DNA from: Coriobacteriia bacterium
Lineage (GTDB): Bacteria; Actinomycetota; Coriobacteriia; Anaerosomatales; SLCP01
Assembly: GCA_007121015.1 (NCBI GenBank)
Contig: SKMN01000022.1
Span: forward strand, 19,027-83,026
DNA length: 64,000 nucleotides
Direction of reading: 5' to 3'
Made by a program: the position numbers and the translations under genes. The notes under the pieces were generated by a model, which ran no database searches, was not told where the DNA came from, and was given only the letters and a program-made list of their open reading frames with translations. Positions within the stretch are counted from its first letter, which is position 1, and each line of letters starts with the position of its first letter. Below, piece by piece: positions 49,823-58,324 of the stretch.

Positions 49823-50479
49823 TCACTTGATCGCAGTCACGACGCCCTGTCCGACGGAGAGAGTGACCTGTACGTCACCATAGAGCATCACGACGCTGCG
49901 CCCGCTGATGCTCTGCACCCGCCACGGCGTGCCGGGTATCTCCCCGCCAACAGCGAGGGTATACGTCTGGCCGTCCAGGTAGAGGACGGCCGCAGTGACG
50001 CCATCGACGCTCACGATGTCGCGCAGGAACAGCGTGTCGGGCGGCAGCGTCACGCCAGGATCGTCCGGATCGACACCCGGCTCGCCCGGGATGCCCGGCA
50101 CACCCGGCGCCAGCGTGTCGACCTCGGAGGGCTCGGGCTCGGGGATCGGCACGATGAGCGGGCTGAAGATGTCGCGGAAGGTGAAGACGCGGGTCAGCTC
50201 TACCGGAGGCGGCTCGACGACTTCCGCATCTCCGACGGCGACGGGGGTCTCGACCACCTCGCCAGGGACGGTGGCGATATCTTGAGCGACGCGATCGGTC
50301 AGGACGAACACGAACACCGCAGCGGCCACGAGACCAGCTACGATAAGGAGCGCCACGACGGCAAGGATCACGAACACGAGACGCCTCGTGTTCGACCCCG
50401 CAGCAGCCCCTTCGGGCGCTGCGGGAGCCGTCTCGGGGTTCGAGCCGATGTCGCCTTGCGGTGTGAGATCGTCTACCAC
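49823..50479 (-). CDS. bitopic T4P assembly protein with a PilP/GspC-HR-like C-terminal domain
   Basis: It lies immediately after pilO. GTG start with a GAGGGAGAG SD. It has one TM segment (LVFVILAVVALLIVAGLVAAAVFVFVL) and a Pro-rich linker. The C-terminus is LFLRDIVSVDGVTAAVLYLDGQTYTLAVGGEIPGTPWRVQSISGRSVVMLYGDVQVTLSVG, and its hydrophobic and Gly pattern resembles the PilP beta-domain. Confidence 0.55.
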   Translation of the reverse strand: MVDDLTPQGDIGSNPETAPAAPEGAAAGSNTRRLVFVILAVVALLIVAGLVAAAVFVFVLTDRVAQDIATVPGEVVETPVAVGDAEVVEPPPVELTRVFTFRDIFSPLIVPIPEPEPSEVDTLAPGVPGIPGEPGVDPDDPGVTLPPDTLFLRDIVSVDGVTAAVLYLDGQTYTLAVGGEIPGTPWRVQSISGRSVVMLYGDVQVTLSVGQGVVTAIK

Positions 50480-50497
50480 GGTACTCTCCCTCGGCTC

Positions 50498-51103
50498 CTA
50501 CTCGGTCTCTTCGGGCGTCGCGGGTACGGGCGGCGCAACATCGGAGGGCATCGTGTAGACTTGCAGGCTGATCGCGCTCTCGACCCGGCCCGGAGCATCC
50601 TCGTCGGCATCGTCGCCGGAATCCAGCCGCGAAACCGAGAAGCTCACCACTCTGACTTGCCTCGTCAGCGAGCGGAAGCGGTTCAGCAGGTCGACCGTGT
50701 CCTGCCATGTGCCGCGCACCGTGATGGCGATGTCGATAGCCGAGTAACGACCGTCATCGACGGGCGTCGGCGTGTTGGGAGCTATTGATGCGAACTCGAG
50801 TCCGGACGCGTTGATCGTGTCCTGAAGCTCGACGATGAGTGACGGGAGTTCCGGCGTCTCGGGCATCTGGTTCGCAAGCCTCATGCGCGTAGCCTCGGTC
50901 TGGGCCGATCGCGCCTTGATCTCCTGACGCTGTGCAAGAAGTGTCTGCGCCTGGGAGACCCCCGCATCCGCATCGCGGATCTGGGATTCGAGGTCGGACA
51001 AGGCCGAGAACTGGGGCAAGACCAGCACCATGAACAGGACCACGGCCAGAACGACGACGAGCGCCGAGGCGATGATGAGCTGGTTACGATACGAAAGCTT
51101 CAT
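50498..51103 (-). CDS. pilO: type IV pilus assembly protein PilO
   Basis: N-terminal TM segment, coiled coil, and a ferredoxin-like core (IVELQDTINASGLEFASI...IAITVRGTWQDTVDLLNRF). It follows pilN. Confidence 0.8.
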   Translation of the reverse strand: MKLSYRNQLIIASALVVVLAVVLFMVLVLPQFSALSDLESQIRDADAGVSQAQTLLAQRQEIKARSAQTEATRMRLANQMPETPELPSLIVELQDTINASGLEFASIAPNTPTPVDDGRYSAIDIAITVRGTWQDTVDLLNRFRSLTRQVRVVSFSVSRLDSGDDADEDAPGRVESAISLQVYTMPSDVAPPVPATPEETE

Positions 51104-51122
51104 GGTTATCCATCGCCTCCTC

Positions 51123-51752
51123 TCACTGTGCCGACGAGGGCGGGGCAGGCACGGCGGATGTGTCGTCTGCTTCTGGCTCGGCTCCTGGCGTCTCCACCCC
51201 TGTTGTCACAGAGAACTCGATCGCAGGCTGTTCGAGGAATAGGGTCTTTGCGGATGTGTTGAGCCACACGCTGCGCACCTGCTCGAGATCGGCGAGGCGA
51301 ATCAGCGTCTTCGCGACCGCCTTGTGGCCTACATCAGGGATCTCGTCGGGGTTGTCGAGCGCGTACGCCTGGAGCGACAGACCCATATCCTCGCCTCCCG
51401 ATAGCTGCGTGAGCCATACATCGGCAGGAAGGACGAGCGAGAGTTCGTTCGCGAGGCGGCCCCAGTGTACTCGCCCGGCTAGTGCGGCGTCTGCGAGTTC
51501 TTGGCGAGCGCGCAATTCGCTCTCCTTCTCTTCGAACACGCGGAACGCCTCGGCCTGCGCGCGAAGGTCGCTCTCGAGCTGTTGGCGGTCCTGAAGCTCG
51601 CCACGCTTGGCGTTCACCTGGAACATGAGTACGGCGTACACGCCGAGGATGAGCACGATGACCACGACTCCGGCAAAGGCAACGTAGCGGATGCTCTGCT
51701 CGAAGCGGCGCTTCTCGATTATCTCCCTGGGGAGCAGGTTGATGCGCACCAC
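51123..51752 (-). CDS. pilN: type IV pilus assembly protein PilN
   Basis: The track ORF is trimmed to the GTG at 51750-51752. The N-terminus (M)VRINLLPREI is the conserved PilM-binding peptide INLLP. TM segment and coiled coil follow. Confidence 0.8.
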   Translation of the reverse strand: MVRINLLPREIIEKRRFEQSIRYVAFAGVVVIVLILGVYAVLMFQVNAKRGELQDRQQLESDLRAQAEAFRVFEEKESELRARQELADAALAGRVHWGRLANELSLVLPADVWLTQLSGGEDMGLSLQAYALDNPDEIPDVGHKAVAKTLIRLADLEQVRSVWLNTSAKTLFLEQPAIEFSVTTGVETPGAEPEADDTSAVPAPPSSAQ

Positions 51753-51753
51753 G

Positions 51754-52884
51754 TCACACCACCCCCCCGAGTGCAAGGCCGATGGCCGGTGCGGCACCCA
51801 TCCTGTCCGCGGCCACCGCGGCTTCGACCGACCCGCTCACCTGTACGAAACGGAGCGGATCGCTGAGCATGACCTCGGCCTGCAAGCCTTTCTCGAGGTA
51901 GGCCGGCATATTCTTGAGTTGCGCACCGCTGCCGGTCATGAGGATGCGACGGATCGTGCGCACCTGCGTGGTCTGGGTAAGGTAGTAGTCGAGCGAGCGA
52001 CGGACCTCGGCGATGAACTTGTTGACCTCTCGCTCGAGGGCGTCCTGCGTGACCTGACGCATCTGCGCGTCCTCGCTGTCGGCCGGCTCGTCGGGAGCCG
52101 CTCCCGATATGTCCGGAAGGCCGGATTCGATCTTCAGTCGCTCCGCCTCGTCGAAGGTGAGATTGAGGACGTTGGCTACGGCCTGCGTGAACTGGTTGCC
52201 CGAGAGCGACGAGACGCGCGTGAATCGAGGGATACCTTTCTCGACGACGGCGATGTTGGTGAGTCCCGAGCCGATGTGGATGACCGCGACGGCCTCGCCG
52301 GGCTCCTCGTCCGAATCGGGCAGTACGCTCGAGCCGCCGCTCAATACCGCGCGCGTGATCGCGAACGACGTCACGTCGATGCGGCTCAGTCGCAGACCGG
52401 CGGCCTGGACGGCGCTGACCGCCGAGTCGATCATGTCGCGCTGGGCGGCGACGAGCAGGACTTCCATCATGTGCTCGTCGGCAGGCGTCATGTAGTCGCC
52501 GATGATCTGGAAATCGAGGATGGCGTCCTCGACAGGTATCGGGATGTAGTCCTGTGCCTGGTACTGGATGGCTCCCTCGAGTTCGGCCTGCTCCATGAAG
52601 GGCAGGTCGATGAGGCGGACGACGACCTTCTGGTTCGAGACCCCGATGATGACGTCCTTGCCCTTGATACCGGGCTGTCGCCACAGGTCTTTGATCGCTG
52701 CGGTGACGGCGGGCGGATCGACGATCTCACCATCCACGACCGCTCCGATGGACATCGGGACGCGCGCGTAGCCGGAGAGGGTGATTCCCGAGCCGGAGGG
52801 TTTGAGGATAGCTGCGCGCACCTGATCGGTTCCGATGTCCAGACCGATCTGGGGTACACTCGAGCCCATCGAAACGAGGCCCAC
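51754..52884 (-). CDS. pilM: type IV pilus assembly ATPase-fold protein PilM
   Basis: Actin-like fold blocks are IGLDIGT and IHIGSGLTNIAV. A GGGAGGA SD precedes the GTG. Confidence 0.9.
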   Translation of the reverse strand: MGLVSMGSSVPQIGLDIGTDQVRAAILKPSGSGITLSGYARVPMSIGAVVDGEIVDPPAVTAAIKDLWRQPGIKGKDVIIGVSNQKVVVRLIDLPFMEQAELEGAIQYQAQDYIPIPVEDAILDFQIIGDYMTPADEHMMEVLLVAAQRDMIDSAVSAVQAAGLRLSRIDVTSFAITRAVLSGGSSVLPDSDEEPGEAVAVIHIGSGLTNIAVVEKGIPRFTRVSSLSGNQFTQAVANVLNLTFDEAERLKIESGLPDISGAAPDEPADSEDAQMRQVTQDALEREVNKFIAEVRRSLDYYLTQTTQVRTIRRILMTGSGAQLKNMPAYLEKGLQAEVMLSDPLRFVQVSGSVEAAVAADRMGAAPAIGLALGGVV

Positions 52885-53066
52885 GGAGTCCTCCCTACTA
52901 CGTTGCTACGTCAAGACTGCTTCTACAACTGCTGCATCGGCTCCGTTGGATTGCGAGCGACTTCGCGGAACTAGGTTCCCTCGGCGCACGAATCCCGTCT
53001 AAATGAAAGCGCACATTCCCTACATTTGCAAGTATCGGCACTACCGTGTGCCCACATGAACGCTCC

Positions 53067-54731
53067 CTAGTTCCTGACCCAGAGACCTGGCACGAGCAAT
53101 CCGCCTCCCGAACCGGGCAGCGAGTCGGGCAGGTACTCGGGCAGTCGCGGGTTGGTGATGAGGTAGTTGTTGTTGTGCTCGAATTCCATCCTGCCCGAAA
53201 GCACCGTCCCCCTGAGCGAGAGGTTGTTCGAATTAAACGTCGCCTCTGCTCCCGTGTAGAAGGCGCCGGCATAGATGGGCGTCGCTTTCCGCAACTCTTC
53301 GCGGCTCATGTTGTTGTAGCTGTTGTCCCCGCCGCCGTTGAAGTTGATGTTTAGCGGGGTCACGATTCCAAGAGCCCACCGGTTGTACTCACCCTGCGCG
53401 TTCCCATGCCCGTGGCTCGAGTTGGTGCTGTACGGGCGCAAACTTCCGTTGATGTTGACCTCACCGTTGGCCACGATGGTACCGTTGCCCACGTACGTCA
53501 TGTTCTCGGTGAAGGTGACGGGTCCGTCCACGAAGACGGTGCCGGCGATGTAGAGGATCTTGTTGACGTGGTCGTAGGCGAAGTCATCGTGTGTGTTGGT
53601 CGGATATCCCGACGAACCGGCGGGCCCCGCCGTCAGGCTCACAGCCGGGGACACGTCCCCGTCTTCCGTGACGCCCTCTGGGAGCGATATCGCCCCCCAG
53701 GCCCCGAACGACGATCCTCCGATCGTCAGATGGGCCTGCCCCTCGCCGATGGTGGAGATCGTCCCGTCCTCCGCGCCGAAGAACTTGTAGTTGGGATTGT
53801 GGTCGTTGGTCGCAGATGCCTCGGTACGACTCCAGTCCGTCGTGTTCGGCGGGATCATCGTCTTGTAGGTGTGCGCTCCGCCCGAGCTCTCCAGGTTTGC
53901 GGTCGGCGATTCCTCTGACTCGGGATCGTGGCTCCCGAGTTGGTTGTCGATGGACTCGTGTTGCGCCTTCGTAGCCCACTCCTGAAGCTCGCCCGGGGTC
54001 AGCGGCGGCAGGATGATGTCCGGGACGGACCGGGAGATGCTCGCGACGTAGACGCCCCTACCTCCCGCCTTCTCGACGTTGGTCGGGACTGAGGGGCTAC
54101 CGTCTCCGTCACAGAAGACGTCTATCGGCATGTCCGCCGAACCGAGCCACGAGTTATCGTGGACGGAGATGTTGCCGCCTCTCACGAAGAGCGGACCCTC
54201 GAACATGCCCATGTTCGCCTTGATATCGAAGTTGCCCTTCATGTAGAACGGGCCGATGATGTTGGAGGTGCCGTTGAATCCGCTCGAGCCGGTGAGAAGC
54301 GATTGAGGCCCGATGCCCGCGAAGTTCATCTGCCACAGGTTCAGGTAGAAGAACTCCTGACTCACGAGTTCGGTCGTCCCGTCGAGACCTTCGCCAAGCG
54401 AGTCGAGTCTGAACCTGCCGCCTCCGAGGTTCTCGGTGGTGACCTCGTAGGTCCCGTCGAGCGTCGCGTCCCCGAGGGTGATGGGCTCCCCTTCGAAGAT
54501 CGAGAGCGCATGCTCCAGCCCGCTAGCTGCGGCCCGAAATGCGCGGGACTCATCCTCGACGCGCTGGGACTCGTGCAGGGTCTGTCGCGCGAGCGCGAAC
54601 GACCCCACCGCAAGCACGGTCACGATGCTCATGATGCCGATAACCACGAGCATAGCGATCCCACTGTCGTCTCTCGTCAGTGCGCGCATCATGCGGTACA
54701 TCGCTGTAGGCCTCCTCGGCTGGTACTTCAT
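53067..54731 (-). CDS. 554-aa PilX/GspK-like minor pilin (no Glu+5) with a large Asn/Gly-rich domain
   Basis: The track ORF is trimmed to the ATG at 54729-54731, which shares 1 nt with the upstream stop. The N-terminus ...TRDDSG-IAMLVVIGIMSIVTVLAVGSFALARQ matches the PilX-N/GspK style (Gly, then a hydrophobic helix with no Glu at +5). It is third in the V-W-X order. Confidence 0.65.
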   Translation of the reverse strand: MKYQPRRPTAMYRMMRALTRDDSGIAMLVVIGIMSIVTVLAVGSFALARQTLHESQRVEDESRAFRAAASGLEHALSIFEGEPITLGDATLDGTYEVTTENLGGGRFRLDSLGEGLDGTTELVSQEFFYLNLWQMNFAGIGPQSLLTGSSGFNGTSNIIGPFYMKGNFDIKANMGMFEGPLFVRGGNISVHDNSWLGSADMPIDVFCDGDGSPSVPTNVEKAGGRGVYVASISRSVPDIILPPLTPGELQEWATKAQHESIDNQLGSHDPESEESPTANLESSGGAHTYKTMIPPNTTDWSRTEASATNDHNPNYKFFGAEDGTISTIGEGQAHLTIGGSSFGAWGAISLPEGVTEDGDVSPAVSLTAGPAGSSGYPTNTHDDFAYDHVNKILYIAGTVFVDGPVTFTENMTYVGNGTIVANGEVNINGSLRPYSTNSSHGHGNAQGEYNRWALGIVTPLNINFNGGGDNSYNNMSREELRKATPIYAGAFYTGAEATFNSNNLSLRGTVLSGRMEFEHNNNYLITNPRLPEYLPDSLPGSGGGLLVPGLWVRN

Positions 54732-55291
54732 CAGTTCCTGAAGAAGATGGTGCGACTGTCGGAGAACTGGCGTCCCTGATGCATGGTCACGATGGTCACG
54801 ATCACGTAGCGGGCGTCGTAGTGGACGTTCGACATGTCTGTGATCTCGACTCCATCGGCATCGAAGTAGCGGAACAACGGTTCGTCCGCCTGCCTGTTGA
54901 AGTTGGCGTCCGACCACACCCCGACATGGTACTCGGGATCCGTGACGTTCTGGCTCGAAGTGACGGCGAGCTCGTTGTCGGTCGTCGCCTCGATGACGTA
55001 CCGTTCGCCTGCGCCGCCAGCACGATTGGTGAGAAACGCGATCCGGTACGGGGTGGCTTCGTTGGAGCCCGTCTGTATCTGGTACTGCTGGCTCAAGACG
55101 CGCTCGGCGAACTCTAGCGGCGCCGCAACCTCTCGAGCCATCCAGGCCTCCCTGCTGGCGGCGTTCGTGCCGATCTGCGTGATTTGCAGCAGCCCATACG
55201 CAACGGAGAGCACGAACCCGAGAAGCAGGAGGACGACCATGAGTTCGGTAAGCGTGAAGCCATCGTCCTTGCGCAGTCGGAACACCCTCAC
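54731..55291 (-). CDS. 186-aa minor pilin (PilW/GspJ-like)
   Basis: The track ORF is trimmed to the GTG at 55289-55291, forming a GTGA overlap. The class III signal RKDDG-FTLTELMVVLLLLGF has Gly-1, Phe+1 and Glu+5. Confidence 0.75.
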   Translation of the reverse strand: MRVFRLRKDDGFTLTELMVVLLLLGFVLSVAYGLLQITQIGTNAASREAWMAREVAAPLEFAERVLSQQYQIQTGSNEATPYRIAFLTNRAGGAGERYVIEATTDNELAVTSSQNVTDPEYHVGVWSDANFNRQADEPLFRYFDADGVEITDMSNVHYDARYVIVTIVTMHQGRQFSDSRTIFFRN

Positions 55292-56820
55292 CACGTCCCC
55301 TCGGAGAAGGTGTAGGTTCCCGGGTCGCTCTGATACTCGGTCAGCACGGTGTTGGAACGGATCGTCGTCTGCGTGCCGCCTCCGTAACCGTCCGGGGTGT
55401 ACGTCACGACGCATGCGTACTGCGTGAGCGGGTAGTTGGACTGCCTCGGATTGCCGTTGATCTGCACCGTGTGGGTGAACGTGTTGTCAGGACCGCTGTA
55501 GAGCGGAGGGTCGACCAGGTTCCCGTTATCGACCAGGTGGAAGCTATACGTGGTCGTACCCGTGGTCGGGAAATCGGGCGGGGTGACTGTTAAGTCCGAT
55601 GTCACACGCCAGAAGTTGCCTTCTCCCCCGCCTGTTCCCTTCTCGACCCGGTACGTACCAGAGACGAGCGGCCTCGTCACGAACACCTGCCATGCGCAGA
55701 AGTCCGAGTACAGCGGGCGCGCACTGAACGAGCGTGCCCTCGCCGCGTACCTGCTGAATGTCGGATGTGTCAATGTGTACGAGTTGGTCTCGACCGTAGG
55801 GTTCGGATCGACATCGATCGGCCAGGTCGTTGGACCGACCTGTCGCCGTATCTCCAACTCGTAGCCTGCCGCCGGAGCGGTACCGTCCTGCACGGTCTGC
55901 CACGTGATCACCGTCGTCGAACCCTTCTTGTCGGTGAAGGAGAGTGGCCCAGGGACAGGCGGGATCTCGTTGTCCACGATGAACGTACGATGTATCCGCG
56001 TGCTCGCTCCCCTGTCGTCGGTCACCTCGACGATGATCGTGTGGAGTCCGTCTGCTGCGACCCGCCGTACCGTGCCGTCGGCGTCGGTCTGCGACTGCAG
56101 CGTGTACCAGTAGAACGGGTTGGGCGAAGAGGCGAAGTTGGAGTTGAACGAGGGATCGTTGACGGTCCACTGGGCGAGAGCGCCCCCTTTGTTCTCGAGC
56201 GGCGTGTTCCCATACTCGAGGTAGTACTTGACCGTCGCTATCTCCCTGCCCTCGGCGGCGTGAGCTTCGATCTTGATATCGAGCTTTCCACCCGCCCAGT
56301 CCTCCTCCCACACGACTTCACCGTCCGGCGGCGTTCCGGGCAAGAACGAGACCGTCGGCCGATCGGCGGGGTCTACAGATGCCTGTGTCATGAACTGCGT
56401 GCGGTCTCTGATGATCACGCTCGTGCTTATCTGCTGCGACCAGCCGTCCACACGGATGATCTCGACATCGATGTGCACGTCCTTGGTCGCCGTGGGATTG
56501 GCGCCCGGTGTGACCGTTGGCCGGAAGATGATCGTGTACGGCGGCTCTTCGATCGTGTGCTCCGGCTCGAGCACCCCATCATCGGTGTGGCCGACGAGAT
56601 CCACCTTCTCGAACGGCAACGTGTTCAGCCACTCGGTATACGAGCTGATGGCGTTCGTGAGCACGTTCTGCTGCTTGGCCTGTGCGCTGGTCCTCGTGGT
56701 CTGCAGAACGAGCCCGAGGACCCCTGTCAGGATGATGAACAGGATGACCGACGCGACCACGATCTCGACGAGCGTCATGCCGTCTTCATCGTTCCAGATA
56801 CGGCTCTGTATGCCCCTCAT
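55288..56820 (-). CDS. 510-aa modular minor pilin (PilV/GspI-like N-terminus plus Ig/FN3-like modules)
   Basis: The track ORF is trimmed to the ATG at 56818-56820. The signal NDEDG-MTLVEIVVASVILFIIL has Gly-1, Met+1 and Glu+5. Downstream, PPVPGPLSFTDKKGSTTVITWQTVQDGTAPAAGYELEIRR...YTL...RYAARARSFS looks like an FN3 domain. Confidence 0.75.
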   Translation of the reverse strand: MRGIQSRIWNDEDGMTLVEIVVASVILFIILTGVLGLVLQTTRTSAQAKQQNVLTNAISSYTEWLNTLPFEKVDLVGHTDDGVLEPEHTIEEPPYTIIFRPTVTPGANPTATKDVHIDVEIIRVDGWSQQISTSVIIRDRTQFMTQASVDPADRPTVSFLPGTPPDGEVVWEEDWAGGKLDIKIEAHAAEGREIATVKYYLEYGNTPLENKGGALAQWTVNDPSFNSNFASSPNPFYWYTLQSQTDADGTVRRVAADGLHTIIVEVTDDRGASTRIHRTFIVDNEIPPVPGPLSFTDKKGSTTVITWQTVQDGTAPAAGYELEIRRQVGPTTWPIDVDPNPTVETNSYTLTHPTFSRYAARARSFSARPLYSDFCAWQVFVTRPLVSGTYRVEKGTGGGEGNFWRVTSDLTVTPPDFPTTGTTTYSFHLVDNGNLVDPPLYSGPDNTFTHTVQINGNPRQSNYPLTQYACVVTYTPDGYGGGTQTTIRSNTVLTEYQSDPGTYTFSEGTW

Positions 56821-56976
56821 CGGCTCCACTCCTACTGCGCGCACTACCGGGCGCACGATCGCACGCCTCTATCGGGATATCGGCACCATTCTAGCTGCGC
56901 TTAAGAATCGCCGCTCGAAGTAGGCGGCCCGCCACGGAACCGCAGCCATCACGCCAGCCCGGAGAGCGGGTGACGC

Positions 56977-57792
56977 CTATCCGAGTGCGGCGATCGAAAG
57001 GTACCCCTGTACGATCACGGGGCCGAACAGTGCGGTTACGATGCCTCCGAGAGCAAGGAACGGACCGAAAGGGATCTTGTGCGTGAGGCCGGCAGATGCG
57101 CGGGCGGCCGACACGACTCCGTACACCGCACCCACCAGGCTCCCCGCCATGAGCGCGAGCAACACGTAGGGGCCGATGAACAACCCCATCGCGCCGAGCA
57201 ACTTCACGTCGCCCATCCCGAACCCGGAACGCCCGCGGATGAGCGCATAACCGCCGGCGACCGCGCCGCTGAGTCCGCCGCCGAGAAGCAGGCCCAACCC
57301 GGCCATCACTAGCGGAACATCTCCATCGTAGGTGAGGGGCACCGCCGTGACCGCGGTGAACTGCGCGATAGCGGCTGCAACAGCGCCAAGCACCGCCAAG
57401 CTGCCGACGATCGGGTTTGGAAGTCGCATCGTGTCCAGGTCGATAAAGGTGAGTATCAGCAGGACCCAGAAGAAGATTGCGGCGAGAAGCGCACGCGGGG
57501 TGAGCCCGAATGCGATCGCCGCAGAGAGCCACAGCAACCCAGAGAGGGCCTCGACGAGTGGGTAGCGGGCAGGGATCGCTGCGCCACAGTCACGACACCG
57601 TGCGCGCAAGAGGACCCACGACAGGACCGGGATGTTGTCGAACCACCGGACCGGGGCATCGCATGCCGGGCAGTGCGAGCCAGGGGACACGACCGACTCG
57701 CCCCGAGGGAACCGCCAGATGACGACGTTGGCAAAGCTGCCTAGTAGCAGACCAACGAGCAGGAAGATGGTGATCGCCGCGTTCTCGAGCAA
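56977..57792 (-). CDS. pilD: prepilin peptidase / N-methyltransferase PilD (A24 family)
   Basis: The Zn-binding pair is CPACDAPV...CRDCGAAI. The catalytic Asp blocks are TFIDLD and FGMGDVKLLGAMG. Confidence 0.93.
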   Translation of the reverse strand: MLENAAITIFLLVGLLLGSFANVVIWRFPRGESVVSPGSHCPACDAPVRWFDNIPVLSWVLLRARCRDCGAAIPARYPLVEALSGLLWLSAAIAFGLTPRALLAAIFFWVLLILTFIDLDTMRLPNPIVGSLAVLGAVAAAIAQFTAVTAVPLTYDGDVPLVMAGLGLLLGGGLSGAVAGGYALIRGRSGFGMGDVKLLGAMGLFIGPYVLLALMAGSLVGAVYGVVSAARASAGLTHKIPFGPFLALGGIVTALFGPVIVQGYLSIAALG

Positions 57793-57894
57793 CGTGCGTC
57801 CTTTCCATCGGGGTCGCCGAGTGCTCTGTCCAGCAGCAGCTTAGAGCATGCAGTCACGCAGACGCCACCCGCAATGTGCGTGACGGAAAGACGA

Positions 57895-57924
57895 GAGAGG
57901 GACCGGCCAAAGCCGGTCCCTCTC
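57895..57924 (-). terminator. hairpin between pilA and pilD
   Basis: A perfect 13-bp stem, GAGAGGGACCGGC / GCCGGTCCCTCTC, with a 4-nt loop, lies 31 nt after the pilA TAA. A short U-containing stretch follows (UCGUCUUUCC). Confidence 0.55.
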
Positions 57925-57955
57925 GGCAAGAGCAGAGATGATGTCTGACTCGAAC

Positions 57956-58324
57956 TTAGCTGCCGAAGTGGCCGTGGGTGGTAGCGGCCTCATCGGGGCA
58001 AGCGGTCACGCCGTCGGTCAGCACGTACGGACCCACGCCGTTGGTCGGGCACTCTGGAGACGACTGGATGAAGCCGTCCGTGACGAGCGTTTCGACACCG
58101 GCAGTGTCAAGGTCCGCAAGGTTCCTCCCGACCTCACTCGCTACCCACGTCTGCGCAGCGCCCTCGATCGTGCGCTGGTTCGCGTGGCACGTGCGCTCCT
58201 GGGCGCTCCCACGAGCTGCGTTGAAGACGGGAATGGCAATGGCGACAAGGATACCGATAATAAGAACGACGACCATGAGCTCGACGAGGGTGAAGCCCTC
58301 ATCCTTTCTGTGGAACATCCTCAT
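57956..58324 (-). CDS. pilA: major type IV pilin
   Basis: The track ORF is trimmed to the ATG at 58322-58324, with a strong SD (GAAGGAGGTG). The signal MRMFHRKDEG-FTLVELMVVVLIIGILVAIAIPVF is canonical. The preprotein is 122 aa. Confidence 0.88.
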   Translation of the reverse strand: MRMFHRKDEGFTLVELMVVVLIIGILVAIAIPVFNAARGSAQERTCHANQRTIEGAAQTWVASEVGRNLADLDTAGVETLVTDGFIQSSPECPTNGVGPYVLTDGVTACPDEAATTHGHFGS

